The notes: generated by a model from the letters alone, not told the origin. A DNA stretch of 64,000 nt from Alphaproteobacteria bacterium (GCA_965227515.1 CBDDFZ010000001.1:384001-448000), one strand, 5' to 3'; shown: positions 20,120-30,087, numbered from the stretch's first letter. Made by a program: numbers and translations.

Positions 20120-21058
20120 GTGCACGTGATCAACGGCAAGGCGCTCGCGGACCAGCGCACGGCGGAAGGCGCCGATCCGCCCGTTATCGACATGCGCGAC
20201 AAAGGCATCGGTGATCTGGTGGTCACCTGCTGGCTCGCCCACAGTGCGGCCGCTGTCGGCCGCGAGCTGCGCATCAACCCGCGTGGACTGGACACGGTGT
20301 GCCATCTGCTCAGTGTCACCGCACCGGTGCTGACCACGGCGGACGCCGACAACTGGGCCAAGACCGACGGCATCGGTCACCGCTTCGAGTACGCGCAGGT
20401 GGCGCAGGGCCGCCCGATGACCCGCTTCGGCGCCTGGGCGCAGTCGCTCGGCCTGCCGGGCCTGCAGCCGGTACGACCGCGCTACAGCGAGGCCACCGAC
20501 GAGGCCGACTGGGCGGAGGAGGCATGGGCGGCCTCGGCCGAGCCGGGCCAGTTGCGGGTCGCCATGTTCCCGGAGGTGGCGTGGCTGATACGGCGCTGGC
20601 CGCCGGCCTATTTCATCGACCTCGCCGACATGCTGAAGGCCAAGGGCGCGGCGATTGTGATGGTCGGGGCAACCAAGGACATGGTCAGCCAGATGGGCAG
20701 CCGCTGGTATGCCGCCTTCCCGCTGCCCCGGACGGCCGCGTTGATGGCCCGCGCCGATATCGTGATCGGCAACGATTCCGGGCCGGCCCATCTGGCCGGC
20801 ACCATCGGCACGCCGACCTTCGTTGCCGCCGGCCCCACCGACGGCGACCTGGTGTTCGCCCATGACGACAATGTGCGCTGCGTCGGCCTGCCGCCGGGAA
20901 GGCTCGCCTGCCACCCCTGCCACTACGCGGTCGCGCGCGGCTATCGCGACGCCTGCAAGGTCGGCGGCTGCCAGGCGCTGATGACGCTGACCCCCGACGC
21001 GGTGTTCGACTGGCTATGGCCGCAAGTGAAGTCTGCGTCGGTACGCAAGGACAGGTGA
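20120..21058 (+). CDS. Glycosyltransferase family 9 (heptosyltransferase-like)
   Basis: GIGDLV, RRWP...F, IGNDSGPAHLA, GPT, Cys cluster CHPC..C..C; GTG start inferred. Confidence 0.82.
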   Translation: MHVINGKALADQRTAEGADPPVIDMRDKGIGDLVVTCWLAHSAAAVGRELRINPRGLDTVCHLLSVTAPVLTTADADNWAKTDGIGHRFEYAQVAQGRPMTRFGAWAQSLGLPGLQPVRPRYSEATDEADWAEEAWAASAEPGQLRVAMFPEVAWLIRRWPPAYFIDLADMLKAKGAAIVMVGATKDMVSQMGSRWYAAFPLPRTAALMARADIVIGNDSGPAHLAGTIGTPTFVAAGPTDGDLVFAHDDNVRCVGLPPGRLACHPCHYAVARGYRDACKVGGCQALMTLTPDAVFDWLWPQVKSASVRKDR

Positions 21059-21146
21059 TCCGCGCCGTCGTACTAAACTCTGGCAGCACGGTATCCGACG
21101 TCTACATGGACAACAGCTGTTGTATAGTGGCGTCAGCAACACCCTA

Positions 21147-22194
21147 GAGCGGGATCGTTTTATGCGGAAGCGTATCCTGCATTGACGATGTAGTTGTTGC
21201 ATTCGTGTGGCTGGAACGCGTCGAGTAGTTTTCCGATACGCCGCCATGTGTCGTCGATGGTGCGCTCTGCGGCGCGCCTGAGCAGGTGCTTGAGCTTGGC
21301 GAACACCTGCTCGATGGGATTGAGGTCGGGGCTGTAGGGCGGCAGGAAGAGCAGCCTTGCGCCGGCTTGGCGCAGGGCGGCCCGTACGGCCTTGCCCTTG
21401 TGGCTGCCCAGGTTGTCCATGATGACGATGTCGCCGGGTTTGAGCGTCGGCACCAGGATTTGCTCGACATAGGCGAGGAAGGCCTGACCGTTAATCGGGC
21501 CGTCGAAGACGCACGGTGCGGTGAGCTGGTCGCAGCGCAGAGCAGCGAGGAAGGTCAGGGTGCGCCAGCGGCCGTGCGGTGCCTTGCCGACGAGGCGCCG
21601 GCCGCGCCGGCTCCAGCCCCGCAACGGCGCCATGTTGGTCTTGGCCCAGGTCTCGTCAATGAAGACCAGGCGGGCGGGATCAAGTTTCGCCTGATGACGC
21701 TTCCAGCGCGCGCGGCGCCGCGCCACGTCGGGACGATCCTGCTCGCTGGCGAACGCGGTTTTTTTTGAAGCTCAATCCCTCGGCATGCACAAAGCGCCAG
21801 ATCGCGCCGTAGCTCACCCGGATGCCGCGATCGGCCAACTCGCGCTGCAAGGAGCGCAAGGGAAGGTGCGGCTCGGCAGCCAAACGAGCCTGCACGAAGT
21901 CGCGATGCGGCGCCAATATGATCCGCTTGTGGCCACCGACCTTGCCCGGCGCAACGCTCCCGGTGCGCCGATATCGCTGCGACCACTTCACAACCGCAGA
22001 CACGCTCACATCGAACGCGGATGCCACAGAGCGAACCGTCTCACCGGCCATCACCCGGGCAACAGCACGCTCACGAAGATCATTCGAATAGGGTCGACCC
22101 ATCGCGCCAGCCTCCTCTCAAGACCAACACGTTGAATCAGATTGCCACCCGAGTCGGGAATCCCCTTTCGATTCTTCCAAAAAAGACCCCGCTC
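21147..22194 (-). mobile_element. IS630-family insertion sequence
   Basis: TA duplication (21145-46, 22195-96) in CTAG context; TIRs GAGCGGGATCGTTTT / GAGCGGGGTCTTTTT. Confidence 0.9.
21160..22102 (-). CDS. IS630 transposase encoded as two ORFs joined by -1 slippage at an A8 run (21759-21766)
   Basis: OrfA MGRPYSNDLRER (HTH); OrfB FIDET, MDNL..HK, LPPYSPDLNPIE. Confidence 0.88.
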
Positions 22195-22266
22195 TAGCAT
22201 GACGACCGCTAAGCAGCTCACGCCGCGCAAAAATAATTTGCGTATGGCGTTACGAGAAGACCTAGA

Positions 22267-23568
22267 TCAAGTACTCGTCGATAGCCTGTTGGCAATGGGG
22301 TGATCGGGTTGAAGAGAGACATTATCTTGTTCAGCCTTCAGCCGAACGAAACCTCTAATTACCTTCTCGGTATACTCATACCAACCTTGGCGTGTCCCGG
22401 TTAATATCGACCCATGGGCTGGCTGTTTCAGTCTATTAATTCTTTGATTGAATTGTGTACGACTCAGGGCCGGACCAGAACATTCTTTCATTATTCTATT
22501 GTATGAGCCAAAAATATCTGTGCTACGTCGTTTCAATTCATGACCGTCCGCTGCTGCCCAAAGTATATATTTGTAGTCATCGCTGTATTTTTGCGTTGCA
22601 GTCTCATACGGGCCTTTTAGCCGCATTTCCATCGCGTCAGCAGCATCCGCCATAGCTTGTTCAAAAAGAGGAGCGGTAACCTTACCTCCGTTTTCTGCAT
22701 GAAAGACTCTCCAAAATAGTTTCTCCGAAATAAAATGAACGTAATGAGGAAAGCCATCGCTAATACGAGCTATTCTTATTATCGTAGTTTCATCGATTTC
22801 TATCTCAAGTTTATTTGCCGCAAATTTTACTATTTCAAACCTCGCCTCCCACGGCAATTGCCCGAGATTAACCGTATGAAAATATCTATCGGCGCTGCCA
22901 TGAGCAGCCATAATAGCATCTACGCTTTCACCTAAACCACAAAAAATAAATTTAGATGAAATGTGCTTGTCTGATATCTGTTTTATAAAATTGGTAAACA
23001 GTTCTTGTTCTCCCCTATTTACAATTTGATCAAACTCATCGATTATCACTACAGGCTGATCAGCATACGTTTCGGATAGAAATTTCATCAATCGAACGGC
23101 TTCATTTACTGAACTTGGCTCATTTATTTGACCTTCATGCATTGTCTTGCTACTACCCAAGGTAATGCCAAATTTCGCAAACTCTACCTTCTGCTGCTTT
23201 ATATTCGCAATGACAAGAGGGCTTTTTGCTGCTGCCTCGTCAAAAATGTCACGAACTACGCTGCCAAAACTACTTTGTGTATCGCATCCAATAACAATTG
23301 GATCTGCACTTGCCCCAGCGGCGATACCAAAAGCAGCTGTTTGAGCAAGAGAAGACTTACCCACACCTCTCAATCCGTGTATTAATACATGTCGACCTTG
23401 TTGATATAATGCTTGCTTGATACCTGCTAATTGTTCAGCACGACCTCGGAGGAATTCTTCTGATTGCAATGGCTGAGCGGGCGACAATACTTTCGCCAAA
23501 GCCATACCGAACTGATGCTCTTGCTGAGTTGATACGGGGCCCAAGCCTGGAAGGATTTTGTTTGCCAT
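22267..23568 (-). CDS. AAA+/P-loop ATPase (Orc1/Cdc6- or STAND-like), AT-rich
   Basis: F.GR, Walker A GLRGVGKSS, Walker B IIDEFD, SDGFPHY helix motif; low GC. Confidence 0.8.
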   Translation of the reverse strand: MANKILPGLGPVSTQQEHQFGMALAKVLSPAQPLQSEEFLRGRAEQLAGIKQALYQQGRHVLIHGLRGVGKSSLAQTAAFGIAAGASADPIVIGCDTQSSFGSVVRDIFDEAAAKSPLVIANIKQQKVEFAKFGITLGSSKTMHEGQINEPSSVNEAVRLMKFLSETYADQPVVIIDEFDQIVNRGEQELFTNFIKQISDKHISSKFIFCGLGESVDAIMAAHGSADRYFHTVNLGQLPWEARFEIVKFAANKLEIEIDETTIIRIARISDGFPHYVHFISEKLFWRVFHAENGGKVTAPLFEQAMADAADAMEMRLKGPYETATQKYSDDYKYILWAAADGHELKRRSTDIFGSYNRIMKECSGPALSRTQFNQRINRLKQPAHGSILTGTRQGWYEYTEKVIRGFVRLKAEQDNVSLQPDHPIANRLSTST

Positions 23569-23641
23569 AGGTACAATTATACCCGGACATTAAACATAGT
23601 CACACCCTCTTACCCGAGGGCATAAAACAATGTGTGGAGAA

Positions 23642-23716
23642 TGGTGCCGCCGGGGTGAATTGAACACCCGACCCCACCCTTACCAAGGGTGTGCTCTACC
23701 CCTGAGCTACGGCGGC
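23642..23716 (-). tRNA. tRNA-Thr(GGT)
   Basis: GCCGCCGTAGCTCAG...CACCC-TTGGTAA-GGGTG...GTTCAATTC...GGCGGCACCA; encoded CCA. Confidence 0.96.
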
Positions 23717-23796
23717 ACTGAGCGCGGTAACGCGGTCGGCGCCTATATGGCACGCGACCTTGACCATGGCAAGCATGGCTCGCCCTTCTCCACACC

Positions 23797-23888
23797 CGTC
23801 ATGGCCGGGCTTGTCCCGGCCATCCACGAGAATGGCCGCTTGAGCGGCCAACTAGACGTGGATGCCCGCAACAAGTGCGGGCATGACG
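23797..23888. repeat. Intact REP-like palindrome doublet (CGTCAT...ATGACG type)
   Basis: CGTCATGGCCGGG-CTTGT-CCCGGCCATCCACG ... CGTGGATGCCCGCA-ACAAG-TGCGGGCATGACG. Confidence 0.85.
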
Positions 23889-23926
23889 AGAATGAGAAAC
23901 GATTGCCTGCGTATGCCACGCAATGG

Positions 23927-25651
23927 TTAAGCAGCGATCAATTCGAACTTGTCGACATCGACCAGCCCGCGGTCGGTGATCTTCAGGTGCGGGATCACCG
24001 CCAGCGGCAGGAACGCCATCTGCAGGAACGGCTCGCCAAGCGGACAGCCGAGGTCGCGCACCGCCATGCGCAGCGCCTTGAGCTGGGCGCGGACCTCCTC
24101 GTGCGGCCGGTTCGACATCAGGCCGGCGACCGGGAACGGCACCTCCGCCGCCACCTGCGTGCCGTCGACCGCGACGAAGCCGCCCTCGATCTCGATCAGC
24201 CGGTTGACCGCCAGCGCCATCTCCCGGGGATCGGCGCCGACGACGATGACGTTGTGGCTGTCGTGGCCGACGGAGGAGGCGAGCGCGCCGCGCTTCAGCC
24301 CCATGCCCTGCACGAAGCCGCGGCCGATGTTGCGGTTCTTGCCGTGGCGGGCCAGCACGCAGACATGGGCGATGTCGCGCGCCGGGTCGGCCCGCCGCAC
24401 GCCGCCGAACGCCGCCAGCTCCAGCATGCGGTGCTCGGTCACCACCTGGCCCTCGACGATGCCGATCACCGGCGTGGTGCCGCCGGCGCCCGGTGTCTCG
24501 AACACCTCCGGCGTCACCGGGTCGAGCTGGATCGAGCGGCGGCCGACCTCCGGGATCGGCGGGCGGGCCGCGAAGGTCTCGTCGTCGACCAGGCGGCCGC
24601 CACGGATCACCTGGCCGACCGCGCAAGCCTCCAGATCGTCCAGCAGCACCAGGTCGGCGCGATAGCCGGGGGCGACGATGCCCCGGTCGGTCAGCCCGAA
24701 CGCGCGCGCCGCCGACCATGTCGCCGCCCGGTACACCGCACCGACATCGGCGCCGTACGCAATCGCCGAGCGGATCAGATGGTCGATATGCCCCTCCTCG
24801 CCAATGTCGAGCGGGTTGCGGTCGTCGGTGCAGAACGACAGGAACGGCGCGGTCACCGGGTCGATCAGCGGGGTCAGCGTCACCACGTCCTTGCAGGCGG
24901 ACCCGTCGCGGATCAGCACCTGCATGCCCTTGCGCAGCTTCTCGCGCGCCTCGTCCAGGCTGACGCTCTCGTGGCAATTGTGGATGCCGCAGGCGGCATA
25001 GGCGTTGAGCTCGCGCCCGCTGACCAATGGCGCGTGGCCGTCGATATGGCCGCCGCTGAACGCCGAAAGCTTCTCCAGCACGCCCTCGTCCTTGGCGAAG
25101 ATGCCGGGGAAGTTCATGAACTCCGCCAACCCGATCACCTGCGGATGGTCGCGATGGGGCAGCAGGTCGGCGGCGGTGAGGGTGGCGCCGGCGGTTTCCA
25201 GGTGGGTCGCCGGCACGCAGCTCGAGAGCTGCACCCGCAGGTCGACGGCGAGGCCCAGGCTGGCGTCGAGGAAGTACTCCAGGCCGGCGCTGCCCAGCAC
25301 ATTGGAGATCTCGTGCGGGTCGCACACCGCGGTCGTGGTGCCCTTCGGCAGCACGCAGCGGTCGAACTCGCCCGGCGTGATGCAGCAGGACTCGACGTGC
25401 ACGTGGGTGTCGATGAAACCCGGCGCCACCACCTTGCCGCGGCCGTCGATCTCCCGCGCGCCGCGATAGTCCTCATAGGTGCCGACGATGGTGTCGCCGC
25501 AGATCGCGATATCGCCCTCGGCCAGCTCGCCGGTGGCGACGTTGAGGAAGCGCGTGTTGCGGATGACCAGATCGGCCTCGCCCCGGCCCAGCGCCTGGTC
25601 GATGCGGCGGGCGAGATCTTCTGGCGTCAGGTGCTTGGGGCGGATGGTCAT
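23927..25651 (-). CDS. ade: Adenine deaminase
   Basis: PGFIDTHVHVESC, DPHEISNV, EFMNFPG, DGHAP, CTDDR, VGHDSHN, LAVIPHLKITDRG. Confidence 0.94.
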   Translation of the reverse strand: MTIRPKHLTPEDLARRIDQALGRGEADLVIRNTRFLNVATGELAEGDIAICGDTIVGTYEDYRGAREIDGRGKVVAPGFIDTHVHVESCCITPGEFDRCVLPKGTTTAVCDPHEISNVLGSAGLEYFLDASLGLAVDLRVQLSSCVPATHLETAGATLTAADLLPHRDHPQVIGLAEFMNFPGIFAKDEGVLEKLSAFSGGHIDGHAPLVSGRELNAYAACGIHNCHESVSLDEAREKLRKGMQVLIRDGSACKDVVTLTPLIDPVTAPFLSFCTDDRNPLDIGEEGHIDHLIRSAIAYGADVGAVYRAATWSAARAFGLTDRGIVAPGYRADLVLLDDLEACAVGQVIRGGRLVDDETFAARPPIPEVGRRSIQLDPVTPEVFETPGAGGTTPVIGIVEGQVVTEHRMLELAAFGGVRRADPARDIAHVCVLARHGKNRNIGRGFVQGMGLKRGALASSVGHDSHNVIVVGADPREMALAVNRLIEIEGGFVAVDGTQVAAEVPFPVAGLMSNRPHEEVRAQLKALRMAVRDLGCPLGEPFLQMAFLPLAVIPHLKITDRGLVDVDKFELIAA

Positions 25652-25673
25652 GGGTTGTCTATCGTTCAAGTCG

Positions 25674-25750
25674 GCACCGGCCCTCTCCCCCTCCCGGCCA
25701 CCCAGCAGGATACTATCGTTGGGCGGCCGGGAGGGGGAGAGGGCTGGCGC
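25674..25750. repeat. Dispersed ~80-bp GC-rich palindromic repeat, copy 1
   Basis: GCACCGGCCCTCTCCCCC..GGATACT..GGGGGAGAGGGCTGGCGC. Confidence 0.8.
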
Positions 25751-25860
25751 AGAATTCAGCGTTAGCTGCTGTCAGCCAGTGTGACTCACCTGCACGGGAT
25801 GTGCCAATTCACGTCTGTCGGACGCTAGCCGGAAACACCAATCGTCATGCGCGGACTTGA

Positions 25861-27140
25861 TGTATGGCCCGGGGACATGGTTGACAGTTGTTCGGAGACA
25901 TAGCTGACACATTGATGGTTGGATTTTTCTCATATTGTAAGGTCGATGTCAGCGATCTGGGTTGCGCCGAAGAAGACGCTGTAGCGTCCGTCGTTGCCGC
26001 GCGGCCTGATGGCGAGACGCTCGCCGGCGAAGGCGCGTGGCACGGGCCATAGCCTTCCCTTGAAGCTGACGTAGAACTTGGTTGCCCCGACCTTGCGGAC
26101 GATGTCGTCGGGTCCGTATTCGGGCTCGGGCAGGGTGTCGGGCATGGGTCGTGTCGAGGGCCGGTAGCGACTGGCCGGCACGTTCATGTCCAAGGCCTGG
26201 TGCGGCCGCTCGGAGTTGTAGACCGGGCGCCATTCATCGAAGGCCTGTTGCACCTGGGCGAGATCGCGCAAGCGTCGCAGCGCGAACACCTCGGCGTCCA
26301 GGGTGCGGTGGAAGCGCTCGTTCTTGCCGCGTCCTTGCGGGTGATATGGGCGGGCGTGGATGACCTCGACGCCGAGCTTCAAGAGCCACACCCTGAGTGG
26401 GGTCCACTGCCCCGGCACCCCGCCGCCCCAGGGCGAGCCGTTGTCGAGGTAGAACGCATCGGGCAGACCGTAGAGCCGGAACGTGCGCGCCAGCAGCTGC
26501 TTGACCGTGGCCGTGCGCTCGTTGTCGCATGCGTGCAGGCACAACGAGAAGCGCGAGTGATCGTCCAGCACCGTGAGCGGGTGGCACCACAGGCCGCGGT
26601 CGACCTGCACCCGTCCCTTGAAGTCCATCTGCCACAACTGGTTCGGCGCCGGCCGCTCGAAGCGCGTGTAGGCGTGGCTTGTCTGGCGTCGCGGCGGCAC
26701 CCGCTCGTGGCGCTGTAAGATCGCATGAACGGTCGATGCCGAAGGCGGGGCGATCCCGTCGCGTTCGAGGCAACGGGCGATCTTGCGCGCGCCCCAGGCC
26801 GGATGCGCATCGCGCACCGCCAGCACGGCCGCCTCGATCCGCGCCTCCGTGCGGCGCGGGCTGTGGCGCGGCCGACGCGAGCGATCCGCCAACCCTTCCC
26901 CCGCACAGCCCGCCCGACGCAGCCATTTGTGCCCGGTCTGGCGGCTGATCCCGAACCGCGCGCACAACGCGCTCACGTTCGCGCCATCCAGAGAGGCAAG
27001 CATCACAAACTCACGCCGTTGATCCACGATCGACACCTCTTGCCAAGGCATGGCCGACTCCAAAATCGGAAGCCAACCACACCAATAAGAGTGTCAACCA
27101 TGTCCCCGAACGCCTGTAAGCTATCTCCCCGGGCCGAACA
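25861..27140 (-). mobile_element. IS481-family insertion sequence, copy 2 (1280 bp, inverted relative to copy 1)
   Basis: Identical transposase protein; 5-bp direct repeat CTTGA (25856-25860, 27141-27145). Confidence 0.93.
25930..27051 (-). CDS. IS481-family DDE transposase
   Basis: Protein identical to 1005-2126. Confidence 0.93.
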   Translation of the reverse strand: MPWQEVSIVDQRREFVMLASLDGANVSALCARFGISRQTGHKWLRRAGCAGEGLADRSRRPRHSPRRTEARIEAAVLAVRDAHPAWGARKIARCLERDGIAPPSASTVHAILQRHERVPPRRQTSHAYTRFERPAPNQLWQMDFKGRVQVDRGLWCHPLTVLDDHSRFSLCLHACDNERTATVKQLLARTFRLYGLPDAFYLDNGSPWGGGVPGQWTPLRVWLLKLGVEVIHARPYHPQGRGKNERFHRTLDAEVFALRRLRDLAQVQQAFDEWRPVYNSERPHQALDMNVPASRYRPSTRPMPDTLPEPEYGPDDIVRKVGATKFYVSFKGRLWPVPRAFAGERLAIRPRGNDGRYSVFFGATQIADIDLTI

Positions 27141-27250
27141 CTTGATCCGCGCATCCACGAATTAAATGCTTCACCGGTGTCGGATATCCAATCTGCAAAA
27201 AAAGACGTGAATGCCCGCAACAAGTGCGGGCATGACGAATTCGATTGCTT

Positions 27251-27742
27251 CTAAGCCGCCTTGTCGGACTTGGCGGCCTGCCAGCGGTCCAGGATATCGC
27301 GCGCGCCGTTGGTGGCCGGGTCCATCGCCTCGTCGTGGTTCGGGCGCTTGGCGGTCAATTCGATGACATAGCCATTGGGGTCGCGGAAATAGATCGAATC
27401 GATGAACGCGTGGTCGGAGATGCCCCGCGTCTCGATGCCGGCGGCCTTGCCCTTGGCCATCATCGGCTCCAGCACGTCGGGCTGCACCTCCAGTGCGATA
27501 TGCAGGTCGAAGTCGCGCTGGTCCTCGAACTCGAACGGCTCGTCCGGCGCCTCGAAGAAGGCCAGGTAGGACCCGTCGTCCATCTCGTAGAAGGTGTGCA
27601 GCACGTTGGCGTCGCGGCCGGTCTTGGTGGTGTTGATCTCCAGGCTGCCGGCCAGCGGCAGGCCCAGGAAGTCCTCGTAGAACCGGCGCGTTTCCTCGCT
27701 GTCGCGGCAGCGGTAGGCGTTGTGGTGCAGCCCCTTGATCAT
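27251..27742 (-). CDS. VOC/glyoxalase family protein
   Basis: GLHHNAY, FYEDFLGL, LAFFE, HIAL, SIYFRDPNGYVIEL. Confidence 0.88.
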   Translation of the reverse strand: MIKGLHHNAYRCRDSEETRRFYEDFLGLPLAGSLEINTTKTGRDANVLHTFYEMDDGSYLAFFEAPDEPFEFEDQRDFDLHIALEVQPDVLEPMMAKGKAAGIETRGISDHAFIDSIYFRDPNGYVIELTAKRPNHDEAMDPATNGARDILDRWQAAKSDKAA

Positions 27743-27915
27743 CGTCGTCTCCCGCAGGTGCAGTCGTAGGTTGGCATTCATGTGGGCCGAAACGCAGCCG
27801 TTGGCAAGGTTGGACGGTGACTGGCCCACGGACACACTGGATTGTCATCCTCGACCGCGGCGCAGCCGCGTGTCGGGGATCCATGGCGGGTCTCGCTGCC
27901 GGGTCAAGCAAATCG

Positions 27916-27992
27916 GCACCGGCCCTCTCCCCCACCCGGCCACCCAACCAGGATACTGTCGTGGGCGGCCGGGTGGGGGAGAGGGCTGGCGC
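27916..27992. repeat. Dispersed ~80-bp palindromic repeat, copy 2
   Basis: Same consensus as 25674-25750. Confidence 0.8.
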
Positions 27993-28018
27993 AGACTTCA
28001 GCGCAAGCTGATCCCGAT

Positions 28019-29200
28019 CTAAGGAAACCCCGTCGACCCATCCGGGCGCGGCAGCAGCTTGCGCTCCCAATGCACATAGCGGTCGGTGGCGAGGTAGTCC
28101 TCGTCGATCTCCACCCCCCATCCCGGCCGGTCGGGGCGTAGCTCCAGATAGCCGTCCTTCGGCAGGTAGGGATCGTGGACATAGGCGGCGCGCTCCGGGT
28201 CCGCGGTCATACCGTCGCTGTCGTAGGCCGCCCCCATCGGCAGCCGGTATTCCAGGATCTTGAAGTTCGCCACCGACGCGCAGAAATGCACGTTCACCGC
28301 GGTCGCCAGCGGGCCCATCGGGTTGTGCGGCGCGACCGGCACATAGTGCGCCTCGGCAATCGCCGCGATCTTGCGCATCTCCAGCAGCCCGCCAACGACG
28401 CACACGTCGGGCTGGATGATGTCGGCGCCGGCCACCTGCAGCAGGCGCAGGAACTCGTACTTGGAATAGTAGCTCTCGCCGGTGGCCAGCGGACAGCGGA
28501 GCTGCGCCTTCAGCCGGCCCCACGCCTCGATGTTCTCCATCCGCATCGGCTCCTCGTAGAACAGCGGATGAAACTCGGCGAGCGCATTGCCGAACTGGGC
28601 GGCCTGCCACGGCTCCCACAGCCGGGCGTGGGCGTCGAACGCCAGCTCGATGTCGTCCGGCAGTTCTGCGCGCAAGGTGCCGACCCAAGCGGCGGTGCTG
28701 TGCAGCACCTCGCCCCAGGGGCGGGCGTGGATGTCGACGCGATAAGGGCTGAGCTTGAAGGCGGTGAAGCCGAAGCCCTCGCGCATACGCAGGCAATGGT
28801 CGACCAGCGCTACCGGGTCGGGCGCGGCATAGATGCCCTGGTAGACGCGCACCCGGTCGCGCGCATGCCCGCCCAGCAGCATGTAGACCGGCACGCCGAG
28901 CGCCTTGGCCGAGATGTCCCACAGGCACTGATCGATCGCGGAGATCGCCGCCAGCCCCAGCGCGCCCGGCGGGAACCGGTGCAGCTGCAGCAGCTTGAGG
29001 GTGATGTACTCGACCCGCCGCGGATCGTCGCCGGCGATCTGGCCGGCCAGGTATTCCAGCAGCGGCGGCAGCGCCCGGTCCGGCCCGTGGTTATAGCACT
29101 CGCCCCAGCCGGTGATGCCCTCGTCCGTGTCGATGGCGACGATCACGCGCGGCCGGTCGCGGTCCCGCGACATGAACGAGCGCAGACCGGTGATGCGCAT
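28019..29200 (-). CDS. Mandelate racemase/enolase superfamily acid-sugar dehydratase (DgoD-like)
   Basis: TDEGITGWGE, AIDQCLWDI, FDAH, YEEP, ATGE, QPD, APHNPMGP. Confidence 0.88.
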   Translation of the reverse strand: MRITGLRSFMSRDRDRPRVIVAIDTDEGITGWGECYNHGPDRALPPLLEYLAGQIAGDDPRRVEYITLKLLQLHRFPPGALGLAAISAIDQCLWDISAKALGVPVYMLLGGHARDRVRVYQGIYAAPDPVALVDHCLRMREGFGFTAFKLSPYRVDIHARPWGEVLHSTAAWVGTLRAELPDDIELAFDAHARLWEPWQAAQFGNALAEFHPLFYEEPMRMENIEAWGRLKAQLRCPLATGESYYSKYEFLRLLQVAGADIIQPDVCVVGGLLEMRKIAAIAEAHYVPVAPHNPMGPLATAVNVHFCASVANFKILEYRLPMGAAYDSDGMTADPERAAYVHDPYLPKDGYLELRPDRPGWGVEIDEDYLATDRYVHWERKLLPRPDGSTGFP

Positions 29201-29205
29201 GTCCG

Positions 29206-30087
29206 CTATCCGGCGAAGCGGGCCTGCGGCACGCCCTGGACGCCAAGCCCGGTGATCGCGAACAGGCTGCCGGCCTGGGGCTGGTCGGCCACGCGCTCCG
29301 GCGTCAGGCCGACGCCGATGGTGGTGACGTAGAGCACGTCCAGGTTCGGGCCGCCGAACATCGGCTTGGAGGGGCGCTCCACCGGCATGTCGACGATGCG
29401 GTCGATCTTGCCGGCGGGGGTGATGCGCACCACCTGCCAGCCGTTGACCCCGGCCATCCAGTAGCAGCCATCGGCATCCACCGTGCCGCCATCGGGCCGT
29501 CCGGCGACCTGGGTGGCGTCGAAGAAATCGCGCCGGTTGGTCGGCGTGCCGTCGTCGATGTCGTAGTCGCAGGCCCAGATGGTCTGCACCGCCGGGTTGC
29601 TGTCGGAGAAATACATGGTCCGCCCGTCGGGCGAGAAGGCGAGGCCGTTGGTGGTGAATATCTCGCCCAGCCACGGCGTCACCGACAAGTCGGGATCGAG
29701 CCGGTAGAAGCGGCCCTGGCGTGCGGGTTCGCCGCCGTCCTTCATGGTGCCGGCCCAGAACCGGCCTTGGCAGTCGGTGGAGCCGTCGTTGAAGCGGTTT
29801 TCCGGCCGGTCGGTTTCCGGGTCGGTGATCGGCGTCTTGCTGCCGGCGGTCATGTCGACGGCGTAGAACCCGGTCTTGGTCGCGACCACGAGCCCGCCCG
29901 ACTGGCGCACCGCCAGGCAGCCGACCGGCTCGCCCAGGTCCATGCCGTCGTTCCGGCCGCTCGAAGGGTCGTAGCGGTGGACCAGGCCGCCGACGATGTC
30001 GACCCAGTAGAGCGCCTGCTCCTCCACGTCCCAGACCGCGCCCTCGCCGAGCTGCGAGCGGCTGTCGACCACGCATTCGATGTTCAC
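29206..30087 (-). CDS. SMP-30/gluconolactonase family sugar lactonase
   Basis: LGEGAVWD, RFNDG, NGLAFSPDG, PDGGTVD, FGGPNLD. Confidence 0.92.
   Translation of the reverse strand: MNIECVVDSRSQLGEGAVWDVEEQALYWVDIVGGLVHRYDPSSGRNDGMDLGEPVGCLAVRQSGGLVVATKTGFYAVDMTAGSKTPITDPETDRPENRFNDGSTDCQGRFWAGTMKDGGEPARQGRFYRLDPDLSVTPWLGEIFTTNGLAFSPDGRTMYFSDSNPAVQTIWACDYDIDDGTPTNRRDFFDATQVAGRPDGGTVDADGCYWMAGVNGWQVVRITPAGKIDRIVDMPVERPSKPMFGGPNLDVLYVTTIGVGLTPERVADQPQAGSLFAITGLGVQGVPQARFAG

Larger units (their letters stand above)
25843..27237. repeat. REP-like doublet whose first hairpin is split by IS481 copy 2
   Basis: ATGCGCGGA-CTTGA-TCCGCGCAT reconstructs; partner hairpin ATGCCCGCA-ACAAG-TGCGGGCATGACG at 27211-27237. 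Confidence 0.8.

Noticed and set aside
21759-21766. IS630 transposase as a frameshifted pseudogene
   Set aside because: A split at an A-run in this position is the usual programmed-slippage arrangement of IS630 members, and the TIRs are intact
25674-25750. Purine riboswitch upstream of ade
   Set aside because: The structure is one of five dispersed repeat copies next to unrelated genes and lacks purine-riboswitch consensus
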